Assembly: GCA_031367385.1 (NCBI GenBank)
Contig: JANLPS010000531.1
Location: forward strand, 1 to 16,795
Source: Archangium sp.
Lineage (GTDB): Bacteria > Myxococcota > Myxococcia > Myxococcales > Myxococcaceae
DNA: 16,795 nt
Direction: 5' to 3'
Both the position numbers and the translations under genes were made by a program. The notes under the pieces are model-generated. The model worked only from the letters and a program-made list of their open reading frames with translations. It was not told where the DNA came from and searched no databases. Positions 15,654 to 16,795 of the stretch are shown piece by piece (position 1 is the stretch's first letter; each line of letters starts with the position of its first letter).

Positions 15654-16556
15654 TCACGCCTCGGTGTCAGGCTCGACGAAGCACCACCGCACCACGGGCA
15701 GCTCGGCCTTGAGCTCTTTCTCGTAGGCGTTGATCACGTCGACCACCTGCTGCGTGGTCAGCCCGTCGCGCAGCTTGAGCTTCAGTGCCGCCAGCACTTC
15801 GCCAGGGCCCTGCTGCACGGTGAGCACGGTCAGCACCTGCTCGACGTCAGGGTGCCTCGCCGCGACCGCGCGAATGGTCTTCTCGACGTCGGGGTCGGCC
15901 CGCTCTCCCAGCAGCAGTGACTTGATTTCATTGCCCAAGAACAGCGCCACCGCGATCAACACCACGCCGATCGCCAGAGACCCCACTGCGTCGTACCGCG
16001 GGTCTCCGGTTCTCCAGGCCAGGGCCAAGAAAATCAGCGCCAGCGACAGGCCGGTCACCGCCGCGGCGTTCTCACCGAAGACGACGATCAGGTCTGAGTC
16101 TTTGGTTTCGCGCAGGTACTGAAGCAACGGCATCGCCCCGCGGCGGGTCTTCATCTCTTTCACGTTGCCAAAGAGTGCCCAGCCCTCGAGGCACATCGAG
16201 AACACCAGAATGCCGAAGCCCAGCTCGACGTGCTCGACCGGCTCGGGGTGCCGCAGCTTGTGAAAGCCCTCGTAGACCGAGAACACGCCGCCGCCGGTGA
16301 AGAGCAACAACGCCACGATGAACGACCAGAAATAGAGCGCCCGGCCATAGCCCAGCGGGTGCGTCGCCGTGGGCACTTTCAGTGCGCGCTTGAGGCCTAC
16401 CAGCAGCAGCACCTGGTTGGTGCAGTCGGCCGCCGAGTGAATCGCCTCGGCGAGCATCGAGCCTGACCCGGTGAAGAAGGCGGCGATGGCCTTGGCGACC
16501 GCAATGGTCACGTTGACCGCGAGCGACTGCAGAATCTGCTTCGTGCTCCCGGCCAC
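15654..16556 (-). CDS. Cation diffusion facilitator (CDF) family transporter
   Basis: N..IAVAK...A.FTGSGSMLAEAIHSAAD..NQ, HPLGYGR..YFWSF, S.YEG and D..GS..IG motifs, plus C-terminal dimerisation domain ending FVEPD. Confidence 0.92.
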   Translation of the reverse strand: MAGSTKQILQSLAVNVTIAVAKAIAAFFTGSGSMLAEAIHSAADCTNQVLLLVGLKRALKVPTATHPLGYGRALYFWSFIVALLLFTGGGVFSVYEGFHKLRHPEPVEHVELGFGILVFSMCLEGWALFGNVKEMKTRRGAMPLLQYLRETKDSDLIVVFGENAAAVTGLSLALIFLALAWRTGDPRYDAVGSLAIGVVLIAVALFLGNEIKSLLLGERADPDVEKTIRAVAARHPDVEQVLTVLTVQQGPGEVLAALKLKLRDGLTTQQVVDVINAYEKELKAELPVVRWCFVEPDTEA

Positions 16557-16566
16557 GACGACGCCC

Positions 16567-16795
16567 TCAGTGAATCGGGTTGCCGGGGTCGGTCACTTCG
16601 ACCGGGCCGAACTTCGCCTCGTACTTGGCGAGGTTGTCTTGCATTGCCAGCAACAGCCGCTTCATGTGCTTGGGGCTGGTGATGATGCGCGAGAGCACCT
16701 TGGCCCTGGGCTGCTGCGGCTGCACGTAAATGAAGTCGAGCGTAAACTCGGTCTCGGCGTGATTCACCAACGCCATGTTCGCGTACTGCCCATTC
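16567..16795 (-). CDS. DUF3467-like protein (5' end outside window)
   Basis: Frame is open to the window end: NGQYANMALVNHAETEFTLDFIYVQP..P.AKV.SRIITSPKHMKRL..A..DNL.KYE.KFG. Confidence 0.8.
   Translation of the reverse strand, partial: NGQYANMALVNHAETEFTLDFIYVQPQQPRAKVLSRIITSPKHMKRLLLAMQDNLAKYEAKFGPVEVTDPGNPIH

Overview
GC-rich bacterial DNA, most likely from Myxococcota. This is inferred from a stand-alone PilZ protein, a receiver-DUF4388-Pro-rich-TM-TPR protein, DAG repeats and a MYXO-CTERM-like tail. The window is mostly gene-dense housekeeping and signalling: partial TPR protein, PilZ, large membrane-anchored receiver protein, tsaD, rsmA, a divergent HxlR regulator/membrane protein pair, dapD-dapE plus a coupled hypothetical gene, a DUF1444-like protein, an acyl-CoA-binding protein, an S9 peptidase, a CDF transporter and a partial DUF3467 gene. 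The most notable feature is a three-gene minus-strand cluster at 9559-11807. It encodes a secreted YceI protein, an outer-membrane beta-barrel with an N-terminal CxxCH motif (Cyc2-like cytochrome-porin architecture) and a small CxxCH protein with a MYXO-CTERM-like surface anchor. This is a candidate envelope-spanning heme/redox system. Other observations are a Glu at the receiver phospho-acceptor site, a TACT-N7-AGTA operator, and a 30-bp REP-like repeat present twice, one copy of which supplies a gene's stop codon. All assignments come from motif recognition by eye; no searches were run.
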